Made by a program: the position numbers and the translations under genes
The notes under the pieces: model-generated
Told to the model about the DNA's origin: nothing
The model's input: the letters and a program-made list of their open reading frames with translations, nothing else
The model's database searches: none
Assembly (NCBI GenBank): GCA_035525215.1
Contig: DATLEY010000161.1
Location: forward strand, 8,483 to 72,482
Length of the DNA: 64,000 nucleotides
Direction: 5' to 3'
From: Thermoanaerobaculia bacterium
GTDB taxonomy: Bacteria; Acidobacteriota; Thermoanaerobaculia; Gp7-AA8
Shown: positions 37,028-46,571 of the stretch, in pieces
Position numbering within the stretch: the stretch's first letter is position 1
Layout: each line of letters begins with the position of its first letter

Positions 37028-39049
37028 TCAGCGCGCCTGCACTTCGCGGATCGCCGCATCGTCGAGGAATTGCATTTCGTAGAGCTTCCGGTAGAGGCCC
37101 TGTCCGGCGATCAGGACGTCGTGGCTTCCCGATTGGATGATGCGGCCGGACTCCATCACGAGTATGCGACTGGCCTTCCGAATCGTAGAGAGGCGGTGAG
37201 CGATGACCAGGGTCGTCCTCCCCTCCATGAGATTCGAGAGCGCGTTCTGGACCAGCCTCTCCGACTCGGTATCGAGCGCCGAGGTGGCCTCATCGAGAAT
37301 CAGGATGGGAGGATTCTTGAGGAGAGCGCGCGCGATGGCCAGCCTCTGACGCTGTCCGCCCGACAGCAGAACGCCGCTCTCGCCGATATGGGAATCATAA
37401 CCCTGCGGCAGCGCGTCGATGAACTCATGGGCATGAGCCGCTCTCGCCGCCTCCTCTATTTTCTCCATGGTGATATCGGAGCGGCCGTACGCGATGTTGT
37501 TGCGAACGGTATCGTTGAAGAGGATGACTTCCTGCGTCACGAAACCGATCAGGCTCCGGAGCGAATCCAGGGAAAGGTTCCGGATGTCCTCTCCCCCGAT
37601 GAGAATCCGTCCTTCCGACACGTCGTAGAAACGCGGGAGGAGATTGACCAGAGTCGACTTACCGGTTCCGCTGCCGCCCACCAGCGCCACGACGTCTCCC
37701 GGGGCGATGCTGAAGTCGATCTCCCGCAACACCGGCTTCTCCCCGTACGAGAACCCGACGCCCTGATAGTCGATGCCGCTCCCGATCGATTCGATCCGGA
37801 CCGGAGCCGGCGACTCCTTCACCTCATTGTGCACGTCGAGAATCTGGAACACTCTCTCGGCGGCGGACAGCGCCGTGTTCACCGCCAGATTGACCTTGTT
37901 CAGTCGCTTGATCGGAGCGTACATGCCGGCCACCGCGATGAGAAAGCTCATGAACTGCCCGAGAGTGAGCGCCCCATCCCGGATGCGCAGGGCCGCATAG
38001 CCGAACAGCAGGACCATGCAGACACCGGCCAGAAGCTCCATGACCGGCGAGGTCAGCGCCTGGATCTTCTGCGCCTTGAGGTTGATCTGGAGATGCCGCC
38101 GGGTTGCCTCCCGGAAGCGGCGGATCTCGAAGGTCTCCATCGCGAACGCCTTCACGATCCGCACTCCCTTGATCGTCTCCTCCAGCAGCGTCGCGATGTC
38201 GGCCATTCGTTCCTGTGATACGCGGGTCGCCCGCCGCAGCCTCCTTCCGAACTGCACCACCGGATAGGCGATTACCGGGGCGAGGATGAAGGTGAAGAGC
38301 GCCAGCTCGGTGTTGATCAGAAGGATCACCATGGCGATGGCGATCAGGTTGATCGACTCCTGGAAGAGATCGCCGATGCGAATCGAGACGGCGGCCTGAA
38401 CCTGCTCGACATCGGAGACGATGCGGCTGACCAGCTCTCCCGTGGTCCGCTCGGCGAAGAAGCGGTTGCTCTGCTGAATGATCGACTCGTACAGCGCATT
38501 CCTCAGGTCGCGGACCGTGGATAAACCGACCCTCTGGAAGGAGTATTCGGCAAAGAAGGACGTCAGCGCGCGGACGATGAAGACGAGCATCAGGAGAGCC
38601 AGGACGTATTTCCAGCGGTCTCCTTCATGCGCACTCCACCACTGACGAAACTGCCGCGTCCGGTCGTCGATCCGATTGACGACTGCTCCCCTCTCCCCCT
38701 CCGGCTCATTGCGACGCATCAGGTGAGCGATCAGGGCTGTCTTCGCCCGGTCTTTGCCTTTGGGCGGCGCCTCGAACTGTTCGAGCGAGAACGAGCCATC
38801 AGCGCCGGCAGGGAGAGTTCGCTCCCCCACCGTCACCTCGGCACCGGAGATGGGTTCGCCATTCCGAGTGATCCATCCCCGTGCCCCTTCCAAGGGCTCA
38901 TCGCCGGCGAGCACCTCGTCGAAGAGCGGCTGGATCAGGACGATCAGCGCGCCTGTCGTCGCGGCAACAGCCAGCATGCTCGCCAGAGCGATGATCGCCC
39001 ACGTTCGATACGGAAGCGTGTGGCTGAAAAGTCTCCCGAGGATTTTCAT
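37028..39049 (-). CDS. msbA: Lipid A export ABC transporter permease/ATPase MsbA-like, with ~80-aa insertion in periplasmic loop 1
   Basis: Six-TM exporter domain plus a nucleotide-binding domain (GGSGTGKST, LSGGQRQRLAIAR). 673 aa versus the typical ~580. The insertion between TM1 and TM2 carries a CarboxypepD_reg-like pattern (ISGAEVTV…ADGSFSL). Confidence 0.8.
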   Translation of the reverse strand: MKILGRLFSHTLPYRTWAIIALASMLAVAATTGALIVLIQPLFDEVLAGDEPLEGARGWITRNGEPISGAEVTVGERTLPAGADGSFSLEQFEAPPKGKDRAKTALIAHLMRRNEPEGERGAVVNRIDDRTRQFRQWWSAHEGDRWKYVLALLMLVFIVRALTSFFAEYSFQRVGLSTVRDLRNALYESIIQQSNRFFAERTTGELVSRIVSDVEQVQAAVSIRIGDLFQESINLIAIAMVILLINTELALFTFILAPVIAYPVVQFGRRLRRATRVSQERMADIATLLEETIKGVRIVKAFAMETFEIRRFREATRRHLQINLKAQKIQALTSPVMELLAGVCMVLLFGYAALRIRDGALTLGQFMSFLIAVAGMYAPIKRLNKVNLAVNTALSAAERVFQILDVHNEVKESPAPVRIESIGSGIDYQGVGFSYGEKPVLREIDFSIAPGDVVALVGGSGTGKSTLVNLLPRFYDVSEGRILIGGEDIRNLSLDSLRSLIGFVTQEVILFNDTVRNNIAYGRSDITMEKIEEAARAAHAHEFIDALPQGYDSHIGESGVLLSGGQRQRLAIARALLKNPPILILDEATSALDTESERLVQNALSNLMEGRTTLVIAHRLSTIRKASRILVMESGRIIQSGSHDVLIAGQGLYRKLYEMQFLDDAAIREVQAR

Positions 39050-40179
39050 GATGGGATCGCGGCGGTCCGGCGGTCGATCAGTGTAGCGATTTTCTCCGCG
39101 ACCCGGCGCGCAGCGCCGGGGGTTCCGAGCTTTTCACGAACGAGGTCGATCTCACCACGGATGCGGCTCCACCGCGAAGGCTCCAGCGCCGCCAGGGCCT
39201 CCTGTGCGACCCGCTCCGCGCTGACTTCCTGCTGAATCAGCTCCGGCACGATTCCCTTTCCGGCCACGATGTTCACGAGGCTGAAGTACGGCAGGCGGAC
39301 CATCCGACGGGCGACGGCGTAAGTGAGTGGGGGAAGCCGGTAGACCACCACAGGCGGAACTCCGAGGATGGCGGATTCGAGGGTGGCGGTCCCGGAAGAA
39401 CAGATCGCCAGGTCGGCGCCAGCCAGAGCCGGCAGACGCTCCTCTCCTTCGATGATCCGGACATCGACCGAGGTGCTCCCGATCAACCGCGCGATCTGAC
39501 TTCGCTCGATCGTCGGTGCCAGGACGACAAACGATTCGACGGAAACGGACTTCTTCATGATCTCGACTGCACCGAGTGCGGGTCGCAGCAGGGAGTCGAC
39601 TTCCATGCGGCGGCTGCCAGGGAGGATCGCGATCCGGAAGGGAGCGGAAGGCGGCTCGCTGCTCCGTGGGCGAACGGACGAGAGCTGTCCCACCAGCGGA
39701 TGACCGACGTACATCGCCTCGACGCCGCGCTGGTCATAGAGCTCTTTTTCGAATGGAAAGATCACGAACATCTGATCGACGCGCTCGGCGATCTGCCTCA
39801 CGCGCCGCTTCCGCCAGGCCCAGACCTGCGGCGAGATGTAATAGAAGACGGGGATCCCGAGCGTTTTCGCTCTTGCGGCGACGCGCAGATTGAAATCCGG
39901 GTAGTCCACGAGAAGGATGGCATCGGGACGTTCCCGTTCGATGGCCCGGATCAGGTCTCTGAGAGCCCGGAAGTACATCGGAAGATGCCCGAGCACGTTG
40001 AACAAACCGACGATGGCGAGATCGCGGGCGTCGCGGATGCGGCGCAACCCTTCTGCGGCCAGACCATCTCCGCCGATTCCGAACAGCTCCAGATCCGGAT
40101 CGAGGGTCCGAAGCTCCCGCATGACTTCCGCGGCATGGAGATCGCCGGAAGCCTCGCCGGCAACGACGCACAACTTCAA
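39046..40179 (-). CDS. lpxB: Lipid-A-disaccharide synthase
   Basis: N-terminus MKLCVVAGEASGDLHAA…, GT19 family. 377 aa. Confidence 0.85.
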   Translation of the reverse strand: MKLCVVAGEASGDLHAAEVMRELRTLDPDLELFGIGGDGLAAEGLRRIRDARDLAIVGLFNVLGHLPMYFRALRDLIRAIERERPDAILLVDYPDFNLRVAARAKTLGIPVFYYISPQVWAWRKRRVRQIAERVDQMFVIFPFEKELYDQRGVEAMYVGHPLVGQLSSVRPRSSEPPSAPFRIAILPGSRRMEVDSLLRPALGAVEIMKKSVSVESFVVLAPTIERSQIARLIGSTSVDVRIIEGEERLPALAGADLAICSSGTATLESAILGVPPVVVYRLPPLTYAVARRMVRLPYFSLVNIVAGKGIVPELIQQEVSAERVAQEALAALEPSRWSRIRGEIDLVREKLGTPGAARRVAEKIATLIDRRTAAIPS

Positions 40180-40601
40180 CGGGCGCTCCTCTGCCTGCGG
40201 GCCAGCCAGGCCGTGGCGGCGAGGGCCGCGACCGTTCCCAGGGCATCGAATGCGAAGTCCTTGACCGAAGAATCACGTCCGGGAACCCACGACTGGTGAA
40301 TCTCGTCGAGCGCGCCCCAGCCGATGCTGATTGCGCCGGCCAACAGGAGTGATCTCGCGTGAACGCGCTCCGGATCGAACGCGGTCAGCGCGAAGACGAG
40401 CAGAAGCGCGAGCAGGCCGTACTCGCCGAAATGAGCCAGGCGGTCATCGAAATCTACGTTGCTGAGCTCGGTAGCGTGAAGGCCCGACATCCCCCAGATG
40501 AAGGCGAGATAAAGAAGAGCGGGGAGAACACGCAGTGCCCGCTCGAGGATGGCGGCGCCGGAGATGCCGGTCATCGCATCGGAAAGGGGTACATGAGCCA
40601 C
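40176..40601 (-). CDS. VanZ-like family membrane protein
   Basis: DEIHQSWVPGR motif plus TM helices. 4-nt overlap with lpxB. Confidence 0.6.
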   Translation of the reverse strand: MAHVPLSDAMTGISGAAILERALRVLPALLYLAFIWGMSGLHATELSNVDFDDRLAHFGEYGLLALLLVFALTAFDPERVHARSLLLAGAISIGWGALDEIHQSWVPGRDSSVKDFAFDALGTVAALAATAWLARRQRSAR

Positions 40602-40726
40602 GCCAAAAACACCCCCCCGAAAAAGAGGGAGCAGAAGATGACGGTGAAGAGGCGGACTCGGTCGCGCTTTTCGTTCTTCCAGAGAAGGGCGAAGAAAAGG
40701 CCGGCCGCCACGGCATAGAGGAACAT
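40571..40726 (-). CDS. Possible small two-TM membrane protein (51 aa), below ORF-track threshold
   Basis: MFLYAVAAGLFFALLWKNEKRDRVRLFTVIFCSLFFGGVFLAWLMYPFPMR. Its TGA stop overlaps an in-frame ATG of vanZ (ATGA). Confidence 0.3.
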   Translation of the reverse strand: MFLYAVAAGLFFALLWKNEKRDRVRLFTVIFCSLFFGGVFLAWLMYPFPMR

Positions 40727-40752
40727 GAGAATGATGTGGCTGCGGAGCAGGG

Positions 40753-41118
40753 TCAGTCCTTTCTCTGCTGAGCGATGTCGAATGCGTCGAGGATCAGCAG
40801 AAAATTCATCAGGCCGGCCGTCATGGCGAAGGCCGTTCCGTACTCATAGGTGATCGAGAGGATGTTTCCGAAAGGGCCCGCCGCCCGGGCGATGAAGTAC
40901 GGCAGCCCGAGGCCCATCGAGGCGAAGGTCGCGAGAATGGTGAGAGGACGGCCGGGCTCGATCGTGTAAATCTTTCCCTCGATCGCCAGACCCACCGCGA
41001 ACATGAAGAAGACGATCGCGCAGAAGGCGATTCCCCTGGCGCGGCGGCCGAGGTAAAAATGGCCCGCTCCGGGAAGGGCAAACGCGAGAACCATCGCGGT
41101 CAGAGTCTTACGATTCAT
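40753..41118 (-). CDS. Hypothetical small membrane protein
   Basis: Three predicted TM helices. Start taken at the ATG at 41118 (ribosome-binding site GGAG); the track ORF to 41175 would overlap the HIT gene by 38 nt. Confidence 0.4.
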   Translation of the reverse strand: MNRKTLTAMVLAFALPGAGHFYLGRRARGIAFCAIVFFMFAVGLAIEGKIYTIEPGRPLTILATFASMGLGLPYFIARAAGPFGNILSITYEYGTAFAMTAGLMNFLLILDAFDIAQQRKD

Positions 41119-41137
41119 CGGATGGAATGCTCCGTCG

Positions 41138-41650
41138 TCACTGGTGAGGATCGATAACCGCACCGAGTCCCGCAAATTTCGGGCTGAGCTTCTCCCATGT
41201 CGTCTCCAGATTCTCGGGGATCATCCGGGTCTCTGCCGTCACGCTCATGAAGTTCGAGTCGCCGGACCACCGCGGAACGACATGGACGTGATAGTGATCG
41301 GCCACACCCGCTCCTGCCGCGGTCCCGAAGTTCATCCCTACGTTGAACCCGTCAGGATGATACTCATCGGAAAGGATGCGCTGGGATTCCGCGGAGGCCA
41401 TGATGATCGCCGAGAGAGCTGCACGATCACTCTCCCAGAGGCGGGAGACGTGCTCAGCCGGCGCGACCATCAGGTGACCGTTGGTATAGGGGTAGCGGTT
41501 GAGCATGACCACGAGCTTCGAATCCGAGTAGAGCGTCAGGCTGGATCGAAGATCCTGGGCCGACGCCGCCGAACAGAAAATGCAGCCGGCCGGCTCATCG
41601 GAGCGAGCGGTCAAGTAATTCCACCTCCAGGGTGTGAAGAGCCTCGCCAC
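41138..41650 (-). CDS. HIT-family (histidine triad) nucleotide hydrolase/transferase
   Basis: HYHVHVVPR histidine-triad motif. 170 aa. Confidence 0.7.
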   Translation of the reverse strand: MARLFTPWRWNYLTARSDEPAGCIFCSAASAQDLRSSLTLYSDSKLVVMLNRYPYTNGHLMVAPAEHVSRLWESDRAALSAIIMASAESQRILSDEYHPDGFNVGMNFGTAAGAGVADHYHVHVVPRWSGDSNFMSVTAETRMIPENLETTWEKLSPKFAGLGAVIDPHQ

Positions 41651-41656
41651 GGGCGA

Positions 41657-41968
41657 TCACTCTTCGTCCCCATCGCCCGCGGGCGCGTCGGAAGAGTCGT
41701 TGATCAGCTCCTTCAGCTCTTTTCCCGGCTTGAAATAGGGAATCTTCTTGGAGGGAACTTCGACTTTCTCTCCGGTCTTCGGGTTGCGCCCCGTCCGGGA
41801 TTTCCGGCTGCGGAGGCGGAAGCTCCCGAATCCGCGCAGCTCGATTTTCTCCCCGCTCCGGAGTGAGTCGACGATCGAGTCGAAGACGACGTTGACGATC
41901 GTTTCGGCCTGTTTCTTGGTCACCTGAATGGCTCGGGCGACCTCGTCGACGAGCTCGGCCTTCGTCAT
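41657..41968 (-). CDS. HU/IHF-family DNA-binding protein with acidic C-terminal tail
   Basis: MTKAELVDEVA… plus the RGFGSF and R-N-P-x-T arm motifs. Start at the ATG at 41968. C-terminal DSSDAPAGDGDEE tail. Confidence 0.75.
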   Translation of the reverse strand: MTKAELVDEVARAIQVTKKQAETIVNVVFDSIVDSLRSGEKIELRGFGSFRLRSRKSRTGRNPKTGEKVEVPSKKIPYFKPGKELKELINDSSDAPAGDGDEE

Positions 41969-42049
41969 GACTCCCGGCTTCGTCGCGATGGTCTCGTTCG
42001 TTTCGGGCTCCCGCTCTTGCTCCACTTTAGCTTCCCCCCGTCGTCAGCC

Positions 42050-43051
42050 TCACTGATACCACCGATAGAGAAATCGCGTTCCGGTGAAGCCATCTCCGAT
42101 GACCGCACGGACCGCGCTCTTCGCCGCGTTTCCGTCCAGAAGAAGATCGAGAAATCCGGGCTGCCGCTCCCGCGGGTAGACCGTCTTCGGCGTCCCGCGG
42201 ATTCCGCCTTCTTTTCCAGCCAGCTCGATGGCATCCCTCAGGGTTCCGATGCGATCGATCAGCTTGAGCGCCACCGCCTCTTCCCCGGTGTAAATCCGCC
42301 CGTCCGCGAGCAGGGTGACCTCGGCTTCGGTCAGCTTCCCCTCGCGTCCCTCGGCAACCGCCCGAATGAACTGTTCATGAAGCCCGGTCACGATGGACTG
42401 CAGATGGGCGCGCTCCTCCGGCTTCATTTCCCGGTAAGGCGAGCCTTCATCCTTCATCGCGCCGCTGGTGATCGTCTGCGGCTCGAGCCGCGCCCAGGCC
42501 ACGAGATCCTCCATGTTGAACCACTGGGCAATCACCCCGATCGATCCAGTGATGGTTCCGGGATTCGCCACGATGGAGTCGCAGGCGACCGCGATGTAAT
42601 AGCCGCCCGAGGCCGCGACCGAGTCGAGCGAAGCAATGATCGGTTTACCTTCTTCCTCGCGAAGCTGCCGGATGGCTGAGTAGATCTCCTGAGACGGGAC
42701 CACCGCGCCGCCCGGGCTGTTGATCCGGACCACGATCGCCTTGACCTCGGCCGACGAAGCATAGTGCTCCAGACGGTGGATGGTCTCCCGGGAATCGAAG
42801 ATCTCTCCCTCGATCGGAACGATTGCGACCTTCGGCCCGAACGCCCACCAGCCGTCCGGCCGGGTTCCGACGGCTGCCATGCCGGCTCCAGCGATGGTCA
42901 GCAGGACGAACAGCGTGAGGCAGCCCCCCAGAAGTCCCCAGAAGGCGAATCGTCCCGAGCGTGAGGGCTTCTTCCGCTCGGACGCCATCTCGGGCGCCGG
43001 TGGCTGGTGAGAATCTCCCGGCGGCACGATCATCGACGAATCGTCAGTCAT
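42050..43051 (-). CDS. sppA: Signal peptide peptidase SppA (36K type)
   Basis: N-terminal TM segment and an S49 peptidase domain (SPGG, VAASGGYY). Confidence 0.8.
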   Translation of the reverse strand: MTDDSSMIVPPGDSHQPPAPEMASERKKPSRSGRFAFWGLLGGCLTLFVLLTIAGAGMAAVGTRPDGWWAFGPKVAIVPIEGEIFDSRETIHRLEHYASSAEVKAIVVRINSPGGAVVPSQEIYSAIRQLREEEGKPIIASLDSVAASGGYYIAVACDSIVANPGTITGSIGVIAQWFNMEDLVAWARLEPQTITSGAMKDEGSPYREMKPEERAHLQSIVTGLHEQFIRAVAEGREGKLTEAEVTLLADGRIYTGEEAVALKLIDRIGTLRDAIELAGKEGGIRGTPKTVYPRERQPGFLDLLLDGNAAKSAVRAVIGDGFTGTRFLYRWYQ

Positions 43052-44697
43052 GATTTCTCGTCCGCGTCGCTGTCCGAAGCAGGCGGCTCCTCGTCGCTTC
43101 GACCCTCGCGCTCCTGAGGGTCACTCCCGCCGTTTCCATCCTGAGAAACATCCCTCATGGTGAGACCCAGCTTCTTCTCCGCCCAGTCGATCTTGATGAT
43201 CCTCGTGCGGACGCGGTCACCAGGATTGAAGATCTGATCCAGCTTCAGCCTCCCCTCGCGCTCCACCTCGGAAACATGGACGAGGCCTTCCACGCCTTCG
43301 GTGAGTTTGACGAAGAGACCGAAGTCGGTGATCTTGGAGATGGTTCCTTCGACCTCGTCGCCGATCTGGTGCGCCTTGGCGTATTCGTCCCACTCGTTCG
43401 GGACGAACTCCTTGATCGAGAGCGAAAGCCTCTGATTCTCGCCATCCACGGTGATGACGCGAGCGGTGACCTGATCGCCTTTCTTCAGCATCTCGCTCGG
43501 ATGCTTGAGCCTCCGGGTCCAGGACATGTCGGAGATGTGCACCAGGCCGTCCATCCCCTCTTCCACTTCGACGAAGGCCCCGAAATCCGTGATGTTCCGG
43601 ACTCGTCCGGTGATGGTGCTGCCGACCGGATATCGCTCTTCGATGGTGGCCCAGGGGTTCTGCTCGAGAGCCTTCAGTGAAAGGGAGATCCGCCGATTCG
43701 ACACATTCACATCAGCGACGACGGCCTCGACCGGCTCGCCGGCCGCGAGGATCTTCGAAGGTCGGACCCGCCGTGTCCAGGACATCTCCGAGATGTGAAT
43801 CAACCCCTCCACGCCCTCCTCGAGCTCCACGAACGCGCCGTAATCGGTCAGCGACACGACCTTGCCATTGACCCGGCTGCCGATCGGATATCGCTCTGCG
43901 ACGTCGAGCCACGGATCGGGCGTCCGCTGTTTGTAACCGAGGGAGACCCGCTCGTGCTCCGAGTCGAACTTGAGGACGACCACATCGATCTCGTCGCCGA
44001 CATTGAAGAACTCCGAGGGATGGTTCACCCGGCCCCAGGAGATGTCCGTGATGTGAAGCAGCCCATCCACGCCTCCCAGATCGACGAACACTCCGTAGTC
44101 GGTGATGTTCTTGACCGAGCCTCGGACCTTCTTCCCCTCTTCCAGCGCGGCGAGGGTCTCCTTCTTCTTTTCGCCATGCTCGACTTCGACGATCGCCTTG
44201 CGGGAGACGACGACGTTGTTCCGTTTTTTGTCGAAGGAGATGACCTTGAAATCGAGCTCCTGTCCTCGAAATGAATCCAGGTTCTTGACCGGCCGGACAT
44301 CCACCAGCGATCCGGGAAGAAAGGCTTTCACTCCGACGTCGACGGCCAGCCCTCCCTTGACCCGCTCGATGACCCGGCCTTTCACGGTGCCCGATTCCTT
44401 GAACGCCTTTTCGAGCTGATCCCAGACCTTCACTCTCTCCGCTTTTTCCTTGGAGAGGAGGACCTGTCCGGTATGGCTCTCGAGGCGCTCGACGAAGACA
44501 TCGATCTCCTCGCCGACCTTCACGCGAAGCTCGCCCGAATAGGTTGTGATCTCCTGGATGGGAATGACCCCCTCGGATTTGAATCCGATGTCGACGATGG
44601 CCTCGGTCGGGGTGATTTTCAGAATCCGCCCCTTGACGATCTCCCCCTCGGCGAACTCGGCCATCTTCTCGTCGTACATCCGGAGAAGCTCTTCCAT
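43048..44697 (-). CDS. rpsA: 30S ribosomal protein S1
   Basis: Six S1 repeats (…VDVGVKAFLPGS…, …GLLHITDISW…). Start taken at the MEELLRMYDEK ATG at 44697 by alignment to S1 N-termini. The track ORF extends to 44772. Confidence 0.88.
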   Translation of the reverse strand: MEELLRMYDEKMAEFAEGEIVKGRILKITPTEAIVDIGFKSEGVIPIQEITTYSGELRVKVGEEIDVFVERLESHTGQVLLSKEKAERVKVWDQLEKAFKESGTVKGRVIERVKGGLAVDVGVKAFLPGSLVDVRPVKNLDSFRGQELDFKVISFDKKRNNVVVSRKAIVEVEHGEKKKETLAALEEGKKVRGSVKNITDYGVFVDLGGVDGLLHITDISWGRVNHPSEFFNVGDEIDVVVLKFDSEHERVSLGYKQRTPDPWLDVAERYPIGSRVNGKVVSLTDYGAFVELEEGVEGLIHISEMSWTRRVRPSKILAAGEPVEAVVADVNVSNRRISLSLKALEQNPWATIEERYPVGSTITGRVRNITDFGAFVEVEEGMDGLVHISDMSWTRRLKHPSEMLKKGDQVTARVITVDGENQRLSLSIKEFVPNEWDEYAKAHQIGDEVEGTISKITDFGLFVKLTEGVEGLVHVSEVEREGRLKLDQIFNPGDRVRTRIIKIDWAEKKLGLTMRDVSQDGNGGSDPQEREGRSDEEPPASDSDADEKS

Positions 44698-44976
44698 CCC
44701 GACCGATTCGCTTTCGAGCTCATCGGGCGGCCGGGCCGGCCTTCGGATCTTGCGCTCATCGCTCGGGGGCATTCGGGGCCAGACCTCTCAGATCAATCTC
44801 CGACTTCGGCGCGAGTCGCCGGAAATGGCGCCCGGCACGACCAGGTTGCGGCTCCGAAATCTTGCGCCGACCGGGGATCGACGAGCCGTGGAACGAGGCT
44901 TCCCGCGCAGGGGTCCATTACAGCTAACTTATTGATACGCGCCGAAATGGGAGTTTAGCGGCGAGGTCTGGACGCG

Positions 44977-45657
44977 TCAAGGAGCGGAGGCATTCCCACT
45001 GCGGACCCGATCGACGATCAGGCCGACGACCTGGCGGATGGAGAGGTCGGAGGTGTCCACGACGTGATACGTGTCATCCCAGCGCAGCGGCGAGTCATGC
45101 CGCTCGGAATCCTGCCGGTCGCGCGTCTCGATCTCTCCCAGAACCAGACTCACATCCTGAGAGATCCCCCGAGCCTCGAGCTCGAGCTGCCTGCGCCGGG
45201 CACGGACCTCCGGGCGGGCGGTGAGGAAGAACTTGTAAGGAGTTTCCGGGAAGACCTTGGTTCCGATGTCCCTCCCCTCGAGCACTCCACCGGCTCTGCG
45301 CCCCATCTCCTGTTGCATCCGGACCAGGACTCGCCGGACGGCCGGAACCGCGGAGACCAGGCTCGCGGCCATGCTCATCTCCGGGGTGCGGATGGACCCG
45401 GTGACGTCTTCCCCGTCCAGAATCACCTTCTGGGCCGCTCCGCTGCCTTCGAGATCGATCGACGTCGAAGCGGCCAGCGACTGGAGGACTGATTCGTCAC
45501 GGAGATCGATGGCGCGCCGGACGGCTTTGAGCGCCATGGCCCGGTACATGGCGCCCGTGTCGATGTGAGGGAGCTCGAGCGCCTCGGCGACCCGGCGGCT
45601 GGTCGTCGACTTTCCCACGCCCGCCGGACCGTCGATGGCGACGATGACCGCGGCCAT
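44977..45657 (-). CDS. cmk: Cytidylate kinase
   Basis: IAIDGPAGVGKST P-loop. The ATG at 45657 overlaps the rluB stop (TGATG). The track ORF to 45888 is an upstream extension through rluB. Confidence 0.85.
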   Translation of the reverse strand: MAAVIVAIDGPAGVGKSTTSRRVAEALELPHIDTGAMYRAMALKAVRRAIDLRDESVLQSLAASTSIDLEGSGAAQKVILDGEDVTGSIRTPEMSMAASLVSAVPAVRRVLVRMQQEMGRRAGGVLEGRDIGTKVFPETPYKFFLTARPEVRARRRQLELEARGISQDVSLVLGEIETRDRQDSERHDSPLRWDDTYHVVDTSDLSIRQVVGLIVDRVRSGNASAP

Positions 45658-46571
45658 CACTTGGTGCGGCCGGCGCGGGATCGAGCGGCCTGCGCCTTCG
45701 CAGCGGCCTTTCTCCGGACGGCTGGAGGTTTCTTCGTCGCAGCGGCTTTCTTGGCGGGAGCTTTTCGCGTGGCCTTGGTCTTGGGCTTGATCTCGCGGGC
45801 GCGAGCGGTCTGTCTTCGGGGGCGGCGGGTTTCGGGCTCCTCGTTTCTGGAGAGCAGCCGGACCTCGCGTGGATCCAGGTCGCGCCACTGACCGGGGACC
45901 AGAGCATTGTCGCGGATCGCGCCGATGGCGACTCGCTTGAGCTTCGAGACGGGATGCCCGACCGCCTTGAACATCTTCCGGATCTGCTGAGTCCTTCCTT
46001 CGCGAAGCCGCACTTCGAACCAGCTGTTTCCTTCGGCCTGACTTCGACCGGTGGTCCGGATTCGCTCGATCTCCGCGGGGCGGGTGCGAACCCCGTCCAG
46101 GGTGATTCCGCGCTCCAGTTTCTCGACGACGCGATCGGTCGGGACGCCCCTCACCTTGACGTGATAGGTCTTCACAGTCCCATGACTGGGATGCGAGAGC
46201 TGATGCGCGAGCTCGCCGTCGTTGGTGAGCAGCAGCAACCCCTCCGACTGATAATCGAGGCGTCCCACCGGAAACACTCTTTCCCTCACGCCCTTGAGGT
46301 AATGGAGAACCGTCCTGCGTCCTTCGGGATCGTCGGACGTGGTCATCACTTCCTTCGGCTTGTAGAGCAGGATGTACCGCGGCTCCTCGGCAGGACGCAG
46401 AAGCTTTCCGTCGACCTTGATGTGATCCCGAAGAGAGTCCGCGCGCGTTCCGAGCTCGGTGATCACCTTGCCATTCACGCGTACGCGGCCGTCGAGGATC
46501 ATCTCTTCGGCTTCGCGACGCGAAGCAAGACCGGCCCGGGCGATGATCTTCTGCAGACGATCGAGTGACAT
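45657..46571 (-). CDS. rluB: 23S rRNA pseudouridine synthase (RluB family) with Lys/Ala-rich C-terminal tail
   Basis: S4 domain (ASRREAEEMI). RsuA/RluB catalytic motif (GRLDYQSEGLLLLTNDG). About 60-aa KKAAA-type tail. Confidence 0.8.
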   Translation of the reverse strand: MSLDRLQKIIARAGLASRREAEEMILDGRVRVNGKVITELGTRADSLRDHIKVDGKLLRPAEEPRYILLYKPKEVMTTSDDPEGRRTVLHYLKGVRERVFPVGRLDYQSEGLLLLTNDGELAHQLSHPSHGTVKTYHVKVRGVPTDRVVEKLERGITLDGVRTRPAEIERIRTTGRSQAEGNSWFEVRLREGRTQQIRKMFKAVGHPVSKLKRVAIGAIRDNALVPGQWRDLDPREVRLLSRNEEPETRRPRRQTARAREIKPKTKATRKAPAKKAAATKKPPAVRRKAAAKAQAARSRAGRTK

